DNA of 64,000 nucleotides from Myxococcales bacterium UBA1238 (GCA_002309015.1 DBWM01000068.1:17108-81107), one strand, 5' to 3'; numbered from the stretch's first letter, positions 6,656 through 16,821 are shown. A program made the numbers and translations. Notes: a model not told the origin generated them from the sequence alone.

Positions 6656-9325
6656 ATGAAACCCTTCAAAAACTGGACGATTTTCTTTTTGGGGCTTGTC
6701 GGTTCTGCTTGTTCTTCCGGCATCGATGACAGCTTTGATTCAGCGGTCTCCGAGCCTCAGAGCAAAGATGCCCTGGTTATCTTCGATTCAGGAAACGGCC
6801 CCTCGCAAGACGCCGAATGCACCCCCGACGATCTCACGCGATGCCAGAATAAAGGCCCCTGCAACATCATCGACTGTGTAGAAAATCATTGCCAATACAC
6901 GCCCATAAAAGACTGCATCTCTTGCCACACAAAAAACGATTGTCCCAGCTTAAATTGCAAGCAGTCTCTATGTCAGGAAGACCGATGCACATATATTGAC
7001 GATCCAGACTGCATACAGTGTGATGATAGCGATCAATGTTCGGCAAACACTTGTCAGATCCCCGTTTGTGAAAACCATCAATGCAAGGCGATCGAGAATC
7101 CCAACTGTATCCCATGTGAATCTGAGCACACATGCCCTCACAAACCCTGTCAGATCGCGCAATGTCTCAAGGGAGAATGCCACTATGAATCCAAACCCGA
7201 TTGCGCCATCTGCACCCCTCAACAACTGAGCGCCTGCAATCCAGCGGGGGCCTGCGAACAAGCGGTCTGCAGCCCCGATCGCGAATGCGAATATCAGACG
7301 AAAACTAACTGCTTTGCCTGCAACGATATTCGGGATTGTCCCAGCGCGGGAGACTGCCAAACGGTGACCTGCGAAGCGGGGCAATGCCAATACCAACAGG
7401 CGCTCTGCAGCTGCTCTCCCGATACCCCCTGCCCTCCCGGCAACCCCTGTCAGGAGCCCGTTTGCGATTCGGGTACCTGCCGTTACAGATGGCTCGAGGG
7501 CTGCGTTCCCTGCAACGGCGAAGATGCATCGCTCTGCCCCAAGGCCGTTTGCCAGGAAGCATTTTGCGAAGAGGGCGTCTGCCAAATCCGGGAAAAATAC
7601 GACTGCATCACCTGCGACAGCGTAACCGATTGTCCCGCTGCTGCCTGCAAATACCCCTATTGCACCAAGGGAGAATGCGGCCTCGCAACCAAAGACGACT
7701 GCGAAACCTGCAAAGACGCGAGCACCTGCCGCAAAGCCTCCTGCACCGAAACCAGCTGCATCGATGGCAGTTGCGTTTTAACCTCCATCCCCGACTGCCA
7801 AACCTGCAGCCTTCCCGAAGACTGCCCGTCCTTGTCCTGCCAAAACGCAAATTGCGAACAAGGCGAATGCAAATATACTCCAAAAGAAGACTGCAACAGC
7901 TGCACAAGAGCCGACCAATGTCCTGAAAAGCCTTGCAGCGCCCCGAGTTGCCAGATGGGCGAATGCCAGTATTTTAACCTGTCGGGTTGTTCCAGCTGCA
8001 CAACAGAGGAAGATTGCCCCATCCACCCCTGCAAGACCGCTCAATGCGGCGACAATGGCGAATGCAGCTGGACACCAGGGGAAGATGCGAGCGCATGCAA
8101 TCCTCAACCCTGCCAGATCGCCTCATGCCTCAACGGTCTCTGCCAGTTCCAAACCGACGCGCAATGTCACAGCTGCCGCAACGCTTCCGATTGCCCCATC
8201 CAGCCCTGCAAGACCGCTCAATGCGGCGACAATGGCGAATGCAGTTACAGCGATGACGCCCAATGCATCCATTGCCAGAATGCCCAGGAATGCCCACCGT
8301 CAACCGACAGCTGTCAGACCGCTGAATGCCAGGGCGGCTCATGCCACTACAGCGATAACTCCCTTTGCTGCAACGAGATTCACCGTTGCGAACCGCCTCT
8401 CGCCTGCGTCGATGCGCGCTGCGTTGAACCGACCGTCGAATGGTGCCGGCTCGTCTCGCTGTCCCCCACCCAACTCGTTGTCAACACTGAGCAAACGACC
8501 GCTTCCGTACAATTTTTTGCAGCAGGCCTCACCGATCGCACGACCGGCGTCGACAGCGATGCAAACCTTAAAGTTGAAATCGGCTACGGTACTCCTTTAA
8601 GCACGCCTTCAGACGACTGGCATTGGGTGAGCGCAACCCCCACTGCATCCTGGAGCCACGCGAGCGACGACGCCTATCAGGCTCAGTTTTCTGTTTCAGA
8701 AACCGGCAGTTACGCGGTTGCCGCCCGCATCAGCCTCGACAATGGTCAAACCTTTAGCCTTTGCGATCAGAACACGACTCCAGGCTACCAGGTTTCAGAT
8801 GCGGCCTCGCTCACGGTGCGCTCAGGAGGCGACAGCGGTCTCACGCTGTTCTTCAGCGAATATGTGGAGGGATCCAGCCAGCATAAAGCGCTCGAAATCT
8901 ACAACCCCACCGCCTCGGAAGTCGATCTTTCCCATTGTACGGTCAGCATGTACAACTGCGGCACGAGCTCATGTAACTCCAGCGGTGACAAGTCTTCTCA
9001 GCTCTCAGGCACATTAAAAGGCGGCCATACGGCGGTGCTTTGCGGGGCTCAGAGCGAAATTTCGAGCGAGGTTTGCACGTTGAGCGACCTGGAGGCCATC
9101 AAATTTAACGGCAACGACGCCCTGGAGCTTGCATGCGATGGCCAGGTGCTCGATCTTCTGGGCGTAAAAAGCAATCCGACCGTCTGGGGAGAAGACAAAA
9201 CCTATGTGCGTAACTGCGGAATTCGTAAAGGAAATCCAGACGGCGGGCATGATATGAGCTCAGAATGGACGACTTACAGCAAAGATGACGTCAGCCATCT
9301 CGGCTCGCACGACACCTGCTACTGA
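6656..9325 (+). CDS. Cys-rich tandem-repeat lipoprotein with a C-terminal lamin-tail domain (LTD)
   Basis: ORF track 6623..9325; possible starts are 6623, 6644 and 6656. The signal is MKPFKNWTIFFLGLVGSAC. About 15 repeats follow the pattern C-x2-C-x5-C-x4-C-x4-C-x4-C, often with DCP. The C-terminus LTLFFSEYVEGSSQHKALEIYNPT...KFNGNDALEL matches the LTD motif seen in ExeM/NucH-type proteins. Confidence 0.75.
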   Translation: MKPFKNWTIFFLGLVGSACSSGIDDSFDSAVSEPQSKDALVIFDSGNGPSQDAECTPDDLTRCQNKGPCNIIDCVENHCQYTPIKDCISCHTKNDCPSLNCKQSLCQEDRCTYIDDPDCIQCDDSDQCSANTCQIPVCENHQCKAIENPNCIPCESEHTCPHKPCQIAQCLKGECHYESKPDCAICTPQQLSACNPAGACEQAVCSPDRECEYQTKTNCFACNDIRDCPSAGDCQTVTCEAGQCQYQQALCSCSPDTPCPPGNPCQEPVCDSGTCRYRWLEGCVPCNGEDASLCPKAVCQEAFCEEGVCQIREKYDCITCDSVTDCPAAACKYPYCTKGECGLATKDDCETCKDASTCRKASCTETSCIDGSCVLTSIPDCQTCSLPEDCPSLSCQNANCEQGECKYTPKEDCNSCTRADQCPEKPCSAPSCQMGECQYFNLSGCSSCTTEEDCPIHPCKTAQCGDNGECSWTPGEDASACNPQPCQIASCLNGLCQFQTDAQCHSCRNASDCPIQPCKTAQCGDNGECSYSDDAQCIHCQNAQECPPSTDSCQTAECQGGSCHYSDNSLCCNEIHRCEPPLACVDARCVEPTVEWCRLVSLSPTQLVVNTEQTTASVQFFAAGLTDRTTGVDSDANLKVEIGYGTPLSTPSDDWHWVSATPTASWSHASDDAYQAQFSVSETGSYAVAARISLDNGQTFSLCDQNTTPGYQVSDAASLTVRSGGDSGLTLFFSEYVEGSSQHKALEIYNPTASEVDLSHCTVSMYNCGTSSCNSSGDKSSQLSGTLKGGHTAVLCGAQSEISSEVCTLSDLEAIKFNGNDALELACDGQVLDLLGVKSNPTVWGEDKTYVRNCGIRKGNPDGGHDMSSEWTTYSKDDVSHLGSHDTCY
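6818..8431 (+). repeat. Coding tandem repeat of about 15 units, 32 codons (96 nt) each, with six Cys per unit
   Basis: The protein parses into units such as CISCHTKNDCPSLNCKQSLCQEDRCTYIDDPD, CQTCSLPEDCPSLSCQNANCEQGECKYTPKED and CNSCTRADQCPEKPCSAPSCQMGECQYFNLSG. Confidence 0.8.
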
Positions 9326-9356
9326 TTGAACAGCTTGGAATCATTAAGGTCTCTCG

Positions 9357-10328
9357 ATGACTTCTGTTTCTATCGACCCGCATCGCCCCATCGCCGCCAT
9401 CGATATCGGCTCCAACTCCATTCACCTGACCCTGGCGCGCATGCGAGGCGACGACATTGAAACCCTCGCCCGATTTAAGGATCCCGCAAGGCTCGCAGGT
9501 ACGCTCGATCGCGAAGGCCTTCTTCCGGAAGCCGTCATCGACAAAGCGATCGCCACCCTTCGCCGATTTGCCGATCTCGCACAGATTCACAACGCCGAAA
9601 TCCGCGCCAACGCGACGGCCACCCTTCGCGCAGCCAAAAACGCCGATCTCTTCATCGAACGCGCCCAAAAAGAAGCGGGCATTCCCGTTCACATCATCTC
9701 GGGTCACGAAGAAGCGCGGCTCACCTACCGGGGCGTGCAGTTTGGGCTAAAAAAACCTGGCAGCACCTTACTTTGCGTCGATGTGGGCGGCGGATCGAGC
9801 GAGCTCGTGATCGGCAAAGACGACCAGATTTCGCTCACCGCGACGTTCAAAATCGGCTCCCTTCTGGCGGCCACCAGGCTGATCGGCCCCGATCCCGTCA
9901 CGCCCAAATCCATTCACCGCGCGCGTTCGGCCATCAATGCGCTCTTTGAAAACCAGCTGCAAACCGTCGCGGCGCTCCATTTTGACTGCGCGATCGCCAC
10001 GGCCGGCACCATTCAGCGCGTCATCCGCATCGCCCAATCCCTCAAGGGCGCAACCTCGGTCAGCAACGATGTGCACGGCCACAAGCTCTCCACCAGCGAT
10101 CTCGATCTCGTGGTCGCGCGGCTTTCTCAGGCGCGCACCAAAGCGGAACGCCTGCTCATCCCCGGCATGGATCCCGAACGCACAGACAGTCTCTTGGGCG
10201 GCGCGCTCATCTTTCAAATCCTGAGCAAGCGCCTGCATATCGACGAATGGACCGTCTCGATGTCGGCCTTGCGCACGGGCCTCATCCTCGACATCTACCA
10301 CCACCGCATGGCGCAAAGCGCGCTGTAA
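9357..10328 (+). CDS. Ppx/GppA-family phosphatase (short form, 323 aa)
   Basis: IAAIDIGSNSIHLTLARM...CVDVGGGSSELV are actin-like ATPase motifs of the Ppx/GppA family. AAGG lies upstream of the ATG. Confidence 0.85.
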   Translation: MTSVSIDPHRPIAAIDIGSNSIHLTLARMRGDDIETLARFKDPARLAGTLDREGLLPEAVIDKAIATLRRFADLAQIHNAEIRANATATLRAAKNADLFIERAQKEAGIPVHIISGHEEARLTYRGVQFGLKKPGSTLLCVDVGGGSSELVIGKDDQISLTATFKIGSLLAATRLIGPDPVTPKSIHRARSAINALFENQLQTVAALHFDCAIATAGTIQRVIRIAQSLKGATSVSNDVHGHKLSTSDLDLVVARLSQARTKAERLLIPGMDPERTDSLLGGALIFQILSKRLHIDEWTVSMSALRTGLILDIYHHRMAQSAL

Positions 10329-10349
10329 CGCCTTTACCATCAACGCTTT

Positions 10350-12260
10350 TTAAGCGTCTTCCGCCCATAGAGAAGTCAGCAGACTGCCCCCATTCGCCCC
10401 GAGTTCGGTCAAAAAACAGCTCGTATCCAGATAGCCCTCGCGCATGGATCCCCATTGGGGCGAGCAAAGATACAGCCAACGCCTGGCACGAGTCACCGCC
10501 ACGTAAAAGAGGCGACGTTCCTCCTCCAGCTGCTGCGGATCCGAAAGCGCGCGGCGCAAAGGAAACAGCCCCTGAGCCACCGACAACAAAAAAACCGCTG
10601 TCCATTCAAGACCTTTGGCTTGATGGACCGTGCTTAAACAAAGCGGCGCCTCACCCGATTCGCGCTCTAATGTGGAGTCTTCGAGCCAGGTCAACTCGTC
10701 CAAAAACTGTTGAATCGACGCGCTGTTTTCGGCCCATTGCGCCAACTGCAGAATCTCGTCGAGGCGTTCCGCCGCATTTTCGTAGCTGCGCTGCAAAGCA
10801 TCCCTGTAGCCAGAATCCAGAATCGCCTGGACCATCTGCATGGGCGAATTCTTTAACGCCTCGATTTTTAAAAGAAAACCTCTCGTTTCATTCCAGACGC
10901 GCGAGGCTTTTTGAACGGTTGCGAGCGCGCGCACCTGCCCCCAGGGATCGCCTGTGACCGAGAGGGCCTCAAAAATGGATTCCGCTGTGCGAAGCCCCAC
11001 GTGAGGGCGCAACCGCAGCGCGCGCAGCCAGGAATTGCGATCCATAGGCGTCTGCAAAATGCGAAAATGCGCCAGCAAATCCCGAATATGCGCCTGGTCG
11101 AAAAAGCGTATACCCCCGCGGATTTCAAAGGGAATCCCTTGTTTCTGCAACTCCAGCTGGAGTTCCATCGACTGGTAATGCGCCCGAAACAGGATCGCCT
11201 GCTCTGAAAGCGGCACCCCTTCATCCCGAAGCGCGATGACGCGCTGCACCAGTTTGCGCGCCTGCTCGCCCACCGAATTCAAATGCCACCAGAAAGGCTT
11301 AGGTCCATCCTCCAGGGCGGAATGCAGAACCTTGTGAAATTGCTCGCGATTTTTTGAAATCGAAGCGTTGGCCAAAGCGACAATCTGCGGCGTACAGCGA
11401 TAACAGGTTTCCAGCCGATAGAGCGCAGCGCCCGGGAAATCCTGATGAAATTGAAGGAAGTTTCGTAAGTCCGCTCCCCGAAAGGCATAAATCGACTGGC
11501 AATCGTCGCCTACGGCCATCAGATTTTTGGGATTGAGCTGCCGAATCAAAGCGACCTGAAGGCGATTGGTGTCCTGATATTCGTCGATCAGCACATGCAA
11601 AAACCGCTCCGAAACCGCTTGCTGAAACTGCGGGCAATCCTCCATAAGCAGGCGCAGATTGACCAGTAAGTCATCGTAATCCATGGCATTTTGAGCCAAT
11701 TTGCGCCGCAGGTATTCCGTGCAAACGCGATCGATCCGCTCCGCCTCGGAAGCAAATTTGGGAAAACGGTTCCTTACAAATTCGGTCAGCTCGCAATCAA
11801 TGTTTTGGGCATGCGAGAACACAGCCTGAAGCCATTCTGCCTTAGGAAACAGGGGGTTATCGCCCACAACCGCTTCGCGCGCCATCTGACAGATCTCGAG
11901 GGATTCCTGCGCGCTTAAGATGGCAAAGCCCGGCTGATAACCGATCTGCGACGCAAACGGCTGAATCAAACGATGCGCGATCGCGTGAAAAGTGCCCGCC
12001 CAAAGCCCCTGCGTCTGCGCCCCCATCGCGACGAGCCGATCCCGCATCTGGCGCGCCGCCTTGTTGGTAAACGTCAGCAGCAGAATGCGATCCGGAGATA
12101 CACCCTGAGCGCAAAGCCAGGCCGCCCGCGCCGTCAGCACCCGCGTTTTGCCCGAACCAGCCCCCGCAACCACCAGCTGATAAGGCGCCGTCCCCGTTAC
12201 AGCCCGCTTTTGTTCCTCATTCAGGTTGAGGAAAATCTGATGAAAATCAGCAGGTTGCAA
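10350..12260 (-). CDS. UvrD/Rep/PcrA-family ATP-dependent DNA helicase (636 aa)
   Basis: LNEEQKRAV...VVAGAGSGKTRVLTAR (Walker A), LIDEYQDTN, and C-terminal LFYVAVTRARRWLYL. The TTG start lies 2 nt after the GH57 stop. Confidence 0.85.
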   Translation of the reverse strand: MQPADFHQIFLNLNEEQKRAVTGTAPYQLVVAGAGSGKTRVLTARAAWLCAQGVSPDRILLLTFTNKAARQMRDRLVAMGAQTQGLWAGTFHAIAHRLIQPFASQIGYQPGFAILSAQESLEICQMAREAVVGDNPLFPKAEWLQAVFSHAQNIDCELTEFVRNRFPKFASEAERIDRVCTEYLRRKLAQNAMDYDDLLVNLRLLMEDCPQFQQAVSERFLHVLIDEYQDTNRLQVALIRQLNPKNLMAVGDDCQSIYAFRGADLRNFLQFHQDFPGAALYRLETCYRCTPQIVALANASISKNREQFHKVLHSALEDGPKPFWWHLNSVGEQARKLVQRVIALRDEGVPLSEQAILFRAHYQSMELQLELQKQGIPFEIRGGIRFFDQAHIRDLLAHFRILQTPMDRNSWLRALRLRPHVGLRTAESIFEALSVTGDPWGQVRALATVQKASRVWNETRGFLLKIEALKNSPMQMVQAILDSGYRDALQRSYENAAERLDEILQLAQWAENSASIQQFLDELTWLEDSTLERESGEAPLCLSTVHQAKGLEWTAVFLLSVAQGLFPLRRALSDPQQLEEERRLFYVAVTRARRWLYLCSPQWGSMREGYLDTSCFLTELGANGGSLLTSLWAEDA

Positions 12261-12262
12261 TG

Positions 12263-13897
12263 TTACAACCGCGATTCACAAAAAAGGCGAAAATCCAATT
12301 GAGGAAACAGATTCCACTGCGACTGGCGCTTTTGCACAAAATGGTCGTTCGGATCTGCTCCGTTCAGGCAAGCCTCAGCGCCGTCGCAAAGCTGCTTGAA
12401 CGCCGCCAGATGATCTTCCGTACGCTGAACCGCGTATTTCACAGTGGTGCCTGCACGCATCATGAAGGCAAAATCCGAACTCTGCGCCAGAATCAGCTCT
12501 CGCGCCGCCTGATTGAGCGCCGCCTCAACCAACGACAAGCGAGGCGACTTCAGCGCGCGCTCACCCAGCGACGAAAGCTGCTGCGCGGCCGTATGCAGGT
12601 AGCGGTAAATCCACTCGTTGGTTTCGTTGCACCAATATTGCGCAAACCCGCCTTCACCCCAGCTTGAAAGCGCAGGCGTGGAAGACTGCAGAATGGGATA
12701 CGCCGACAAATATTGGGAAGGCGTGCAAAGTCTGACTTCCGCTTCGTCATCGGCCTGCGGGGACTTCGCCGCTTCCCGAATCAAAAACTCAATAAAATCG
12801 GGACCTTCAAACCACCAATGGCCGAAGAGTTCCGCGTCGTATGGCGCCACGATCAGAGGCATGCGATCCATCATGCCGGCCAGATGAGCCAGCTGCTGAC
12901 GCCGCGACTTTACAAAATGCCGCGCATGCTCCGCCGCTTTGGCGCGCGCCGCATCGGGATCATACCAATCCTTATCGTTGGTCGGCCCCGTGACCCGATG
13001 ATACTTGAGCCCCGTCGCAACGCGAACGCCATCCGGAGGAACGCAAGGCTCTAAGTCCTTTAATGGCAAGTCAAAACCAATATCACGATAGAATTCCCGA
13101 TATTGAGGATCGCCGGGATAACCCGTTTGCGCAGACCAGACCTGCTCGCTCGACGCCAAATCGCGGCCGAACGCAGCAACCCCCGTTCCCTTGCAGGCCA
13201 GAGGCGCATAAACCCCATAAACCGGCGCCGAACTGGCATTTAAGAGGCCGTGCGCATCCGTAAAGAAATAGCGGATTTGTGCCTCAGCCAAAAACTCATC
13301 GATCCCCGGTGCAAACCCGCATTCCGCAAGCCAAATCCCCGACGTCTTCCGGCCAAAGATCTGCTCATACTGCTGAGCGGCCAGTTGAATTTGAGCGCGC
13401 GCCGAAGCCCTGTCGTTCATCATCAGCGGCAAGAAGGCGTGCGTCGCGGAGCTGGTGATCACCTCTAGGCGGCCAGCTTGCTGTAACCGCTTGTATTCAT
13501 TTACCAAATCGCCATCGAGCTGTTCATATAAAGCCCAGAGATGATCCAAGCGCTCCGCGTAAAAACGCGCGATCGCATGCTCCGCTCTACGCGTCGCCGT
13601 TCGCTGCAGTTCTCTGGCTGCAAGTTCGCGCAACTCCTTGAAAAATTGCGCATATCGCTCGCGAAGCAGATCGTCCTGCAGCATAAAAATGAGCGTCGGA
13701 CTCAGACTCACCGTGACCTGAGCCGGAATCCCATCGCGTTCGAGCGATCGCCATGCGCGAATCAGCGGCAGATAACTCTCGGTAATCGCTTCAAAAAGCC
13801 AGCGTTCCTCTAAAGACCGGGGATGCTCCGGATGGCGGACGTAAGGCAGATGGTGATGCAGGACCAGGCAAAAAGCCCCAAGCGGATGCGCCGCCAT
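12263..13897 (-). CDS. Glycoside hydrolase family 57 enzyme (1,4-alpha-glucan branching enzyme type)
   Basis: FCLVLHHHLPYVRHPEHPRSLEERWLFEAITESYLPLI and LIVAPYDAELFGHWWFEG are typical GH57/DUF1957 branching-enzyme motifs. Confidence 0.85.
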   Translation of the reverse strand: MAAHPLGAFCLVLHHHLPYVRHPEHPRSLEERWLFEAITESYLPLIRAWRSLERDGIPAQVTVSLSPTLIFMLQDDLLRERYAQFFKELRELAARELQRTATRRAEHAIARFYAERLDHLWALYEQLDGDLVNEYKRLQQAGRLEVITSSATHAFLPLMMNDRASARAQIQLAAQQYEQIFGRKTSGIWLAECGFAPGIDEFLAEAQIRYFFTDAHGLLNASSAPVYGVYAPLACKGTGVAAFGRDLASSEQVWSAQTGYPGDPQYREFYRDIGFDLPLKDLEPCVPPDGVRVATGLKYHRVTGPTNDKDWYDPDAARAKAAEHARHFVKSRRQQLAHLAGMMDRMPLIVAPYDAELFGHWWFEGPDFIEFLIREAAKSPQADDEAEVRLCTPSQYLSAYPILQSSTPALSSWGEGGFAQYWCNETNEWIYRYLHTAAQQLSSLGERALKSPRLSLVEAALNQAARELILAQSSDFAFMMRAGTTVKYAVQRTEDHLAAFKQLCDGAEACLNGADPNDHFVQKRQSQWNLFPQLDFRLFCESRL

Positions 13898-13900
13898 GAC

Positions 13901-14860
13901 TTAAGCCTTCAAATACAATGCGCGATAGGGGTTACATGAAGAACTCGAAGGTCCATTGTGAGAAGGGTTTTCTCCGTTTTGTTCCCCAGCGTTCTGCCGC
14001 TCTCTCAAGGCCTGATCTGAAGCGCCAAACGTCCCCTGCCGGCTGCAGCGCATCAAAGCCTCTGAATCGATTTTAGATAAATCGGGATCCACGGTTCTGA
14101 GCGCCCGGCCCGCATCGTCGACCTCGATGACATGGCGGAAACAAACGGGATCCAGACCCGCAGTTTCCTTAGGCAAAACCATGGGTTGCGAGCCTGCGAT
14201 ATGGACGAACGCATCTCCCGCCTTAAAGCCGATCGCCGTCATCATGCGCGCCATCGGCTGATCGAGCACGATATCGAGGTGACCGATCCAATCCTGGATC
14301 TCGTAATCCTTAATCAATGCGGGCGTATTCGAAGCGTCATCCTTAAACAGGAACAAGCGCAGGCAGAGTTTTGCCCTGTAATCCTGAAGAGTTGCACGCG
14401 CCCGCCCGATGGCTGCAGCCGTCAGTTCCCAATAAATGAACGCCGACATCGGATCGCGCGGCAGGGCCACGATGCGGTTTTCACCGTAGGCGAGCGGCAA
14501 ATCCAGCGGCGGATCCTGCCGGGGGGTCATAAACTCGCCAATGGCAAGTAAAATCTCTTGCGAAGCCGCTGCCTCTGCTTCATCGAGGGCTTCCTGATAA
14601 TCGACATCCTCTTCGGGCCCATCGCTGTCGATCGACTCCGCATCCATCGAGATCGAAGCGTAGGCGTCAGGGCTCAAAACCGGAGGGTGAGCGGCCAATT
14701 GTGCTAAATATTCCGCAGCCTTATCGCGACTCTCAAAACGGAGTCCATGCGTTACCCATACCCCCGATTCGTTGCTGATCTGACCCAACAGCTGATTCCC
14801 CAAAAACACCCGAACGCCATCATCAACGGGGATGAACGAAAAGAGAGGGTTGGCAACCAT
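13901..14860 (-). CDS. DUF4912-domain protein (usual partner of GH57 branching enzymes)
   Basis: ORF track 13901..14932. ATG 14860 is preceded by AGGAG. ENRIVALPRDPMSAFIYWELT resembles the DUF4912 core. The gene lies directly upstream of the GH57 gene. Confidence 0.6.
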   Translation of the reverse strand: MVANPLFSFIPVDDGVRVFLGNQLLGQISNESGVWVTHGLRFESRDKAAEYLAQLAAHPPVLSPDAYASISMDAESIDSDGPEEDVDYQEALDEAEAAASQEILLAIGEFMTPRQDPPLDLPLAYGENRIVALPRDPMSAFIYWELTAAAIGRARATLQDYRAKLCLRLFLFKDDASNTPALIKDYEIQDWIGHLDIVLDQPMARMMTAIGFKAGDAFVHIAGSQPMVLPKETAGLDPVCFRHVIEVDDAGRALRTVDPDLSKIDSEALMRCSRQGTFGASDQALRERQNAGEQNGENPSHNGPSSSSCNPYRALYLKA

Positions 14861-15104
14861 GAGGACTCCTGACGGCAGGTTAACAAAAAAGGACCTAAAA
14901 AACGCGCAGTTAAAGGACACAAAAGTTTCCACGCAAACCGCGCATGAATTGCAAGCAACTTTTCCTCCTCAGAATCGCGATTCTATCAACACCAAACGCG
15001 CATGCCAAGCGTTTCCTGCAGTCCAAAACCGATTTATAACCGCTTGCCGATCCATTCGATATGCTGTAATCGTAAGACTTTTTCCGACATCAAACAGGGT
15101 ACAA

Positions 15105-16073
15105 ATGCGCGAACAACTGGAAGCCCTCATCGCACAAAACAAATTGCCTCTGGCCGATAAGCTCGCCCGCGATACCCTTGCGGAGATGGATGCGGAGCAA
15201 AAACCTCTTGAATATTGCGGAGTTTTGCAAGCCATCGCGCGCATTGCGGTCTTAAGGGGTCGCTTGCCCGAAGCGATCAAACAGCTGCGCCAATCCTGCG
15301 AAATCAAGCGGCGCGTGCTCGGTCCAACCAGCCGCGATTTAGGCGCAACCCTGCATAGTCTGGGCGATTTGTTAACGCATTCCGGACTTTTTGAAGAAGC
15401 CGAGCAAACCTTCTGGCAGGCTATCGAAGCCATGGAAGGCGAACTGGGTCCCGATCATCCCGATCTGGTGCCCAGCTTAACCAATCTGGGTTCGATTCTG
15501 GCCCGGCGGGGGGCGATGCATCAGGGCGAACAGCTGATGTGCCGCGCGCTCAAAAACAGCCAGACCAGCCAGGATCCCGCACAAACGGCGCGATTGCTCG
15601 CGGTGCTCGCTCAGACGAGGGCGATGCTCAATCATCCCGAAACGGCCCCGACCGCGAAGAAAGCGCTTCAGATGATGAAGGAAACGCTGGGCGAAGCGCA
15701 TTTTGAATACCAAATCGTTCACGATCTGCTCGAAACCCTTGCAGCCCGTCCCGATCCGCCACCCGACTGGGGCGGACAGCTCGGCATGGGCGCCAATTTA
15801 ATGAAACGAGGGCTCGATGCCCACGCCATCGAAGTGCTCAAAAGCGTTTGCCAGCAGGCGCGCGATGCCCAGAAAACGGAGCCTGAAGCCTGGGCCTGTG
15901 GCATGCTCACGACGCTCTATATCCGCTCAAATCAACCACAATTGGCGCTCGAATCGAGTCAGCGCGCGCTGGATCTGACCCAAAACCTGCTTACGCCTGA
16001 AGCGCTCGAACCCTTTATTGAAGCCCATCAGCAGGCCCAGGCGGCCGTGCAGGCGGCATCGAATCCAACCTAA
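15105..16073 (+). CDS. TPR-repeat protein (TPR_10/12, kinesin-light-chain-like)
   Basis: ORF track 14832..16073, start at ATG 15105 (MREQLEALIAQ). It contains repeated 42-aa TPR units such as LGATLHSLGDLLTHSGLFEEAEQTFWQAIEAMEGELGPDHPDLVPSLTNLGSIL. Confidence 0.65.
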   Translation: MREQLEALIAQNKLPLADKLARDTLAEMDAEQKPLEYCGVLQAIARIAVLRGRLPEAIKQLRQSCEIKRRVLGPTSRDLGATLHSLGDLLTHSGLFEEAEQTFWQAIEAMEGELGPDHPDLVPSLTNLGSILARRGAMHQGEQLMCRALKNSQTSQDPAQTARLLAVLAQTRAMLNHPETAPTAKKALQMMKETLGEAHFEYQIVHDLLETLAARPDPPPDWGGQLGMGANLMKRGLDAHAIEVLKSVCQQARDAQKTEPEAWACGMLTTLYIRSNQPQLALESSQRALDLTQNLLTPEALEPFIEAHQQAQAAVQAASNPT

Positions 16074-16092
16074 CCCGCAAAAAGGCCATCCC

Positions 16093-16821
16093 ATGTCGAT
16101 CCTTCAAGGCCCAGTCTCGCTCTTAAAAGGGGCCCGCGTACTCGCCCAACATCGCGAATTAATTAAGTTTTCTCTCATTCCAGCGATCATCGTGTTTGTG
16201 GTCTCGCTGCTGGGCTTTTTCTTATCCTTTTATTTTGGAGATCGCCTTCTCGGGCTCCTGATCGAGGAACCCGAGCAACTGTTGCTGAAATGCCTTTGGA
16301 TCGTCTTTTCGTTCATTTTGAAGCTGGGGGCCGCGTTTATCTGCCTGCTCATCACGCCGTGGCTCATCATGCTTTTCGGTTTTCCGCTCTGTGAGCCCCT
16401 CGCCAAACGCATCGATCAGCTGTTAAATGGACAGGAAGTGGACGCATCTTTTTCTCACGAGATGCTCCTGACCTTCACCACGACTGCAGGGTTGCTGATC
16501 ATCGGCCTTGCGGGTTCCGTTCTTTTTTGGCTCTTGGGTCTGATTCCTGGCCCCAATTTACTGGCTGGCCCCTTTGCCGCGTTCATCTGGACGCCCGCGT
16601 TTTTTGCGCTCGATGTGATCGACTCAAGCCTGTCGCGGCGCCAATGGACTTTGCGTCAAAAGCTCCATTTTTTGCTCAGGCATCCCACCACATCCATCAG
16701 TCTGGGGCTTTGCGCGAGCATTTTGCTCTCGATTCCCGTCCTCAACCTGTTTGTGCTGCCCGTAGTGGTCGCAGCAGGCGTGATCACCGTTCGGGATCTT
16801 GAACAAAAACAGCAGCTTTAA
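16093..16821 (+). CDS. EI24/CysZ-family membrane protein
   Basis: ORF track 16018..16821, start at ATG 16093 (MSILQGPVSLLKGARVL). It has several hydrophobic helices and a CysZ/EI24-like N-terminus. Confidence 0.45.
   Translation: MSILQGPVSLLKGARVLAQHRELIKFSLIPAIIVFVVSLLGFFLSFYFGDRLLGLLIEEPEQLLLKCLWIVFSFILKLGAAFICLLITPWLIMLFGFPLCEPLAKRIDQLLNGQEVDASFSHEMLLTFTTTAGLLIIGLAGSVLFWLLGLIPGPNLLAGPFAAFIWTPAFFALDVIDSSLSRRQWTLRQKLHFLLRHPTTSISLGLCASILLSIPVLNLFVLPVVVAAGVITVRDLEQKQQL

Noticed and set aside
15153-15160. GCCGATAA, identical to the sigma-28 -10 consensus
   Set aside because: It lies inside the TPR coding sequence, and no TAAA -35 element sits at the required spacing.
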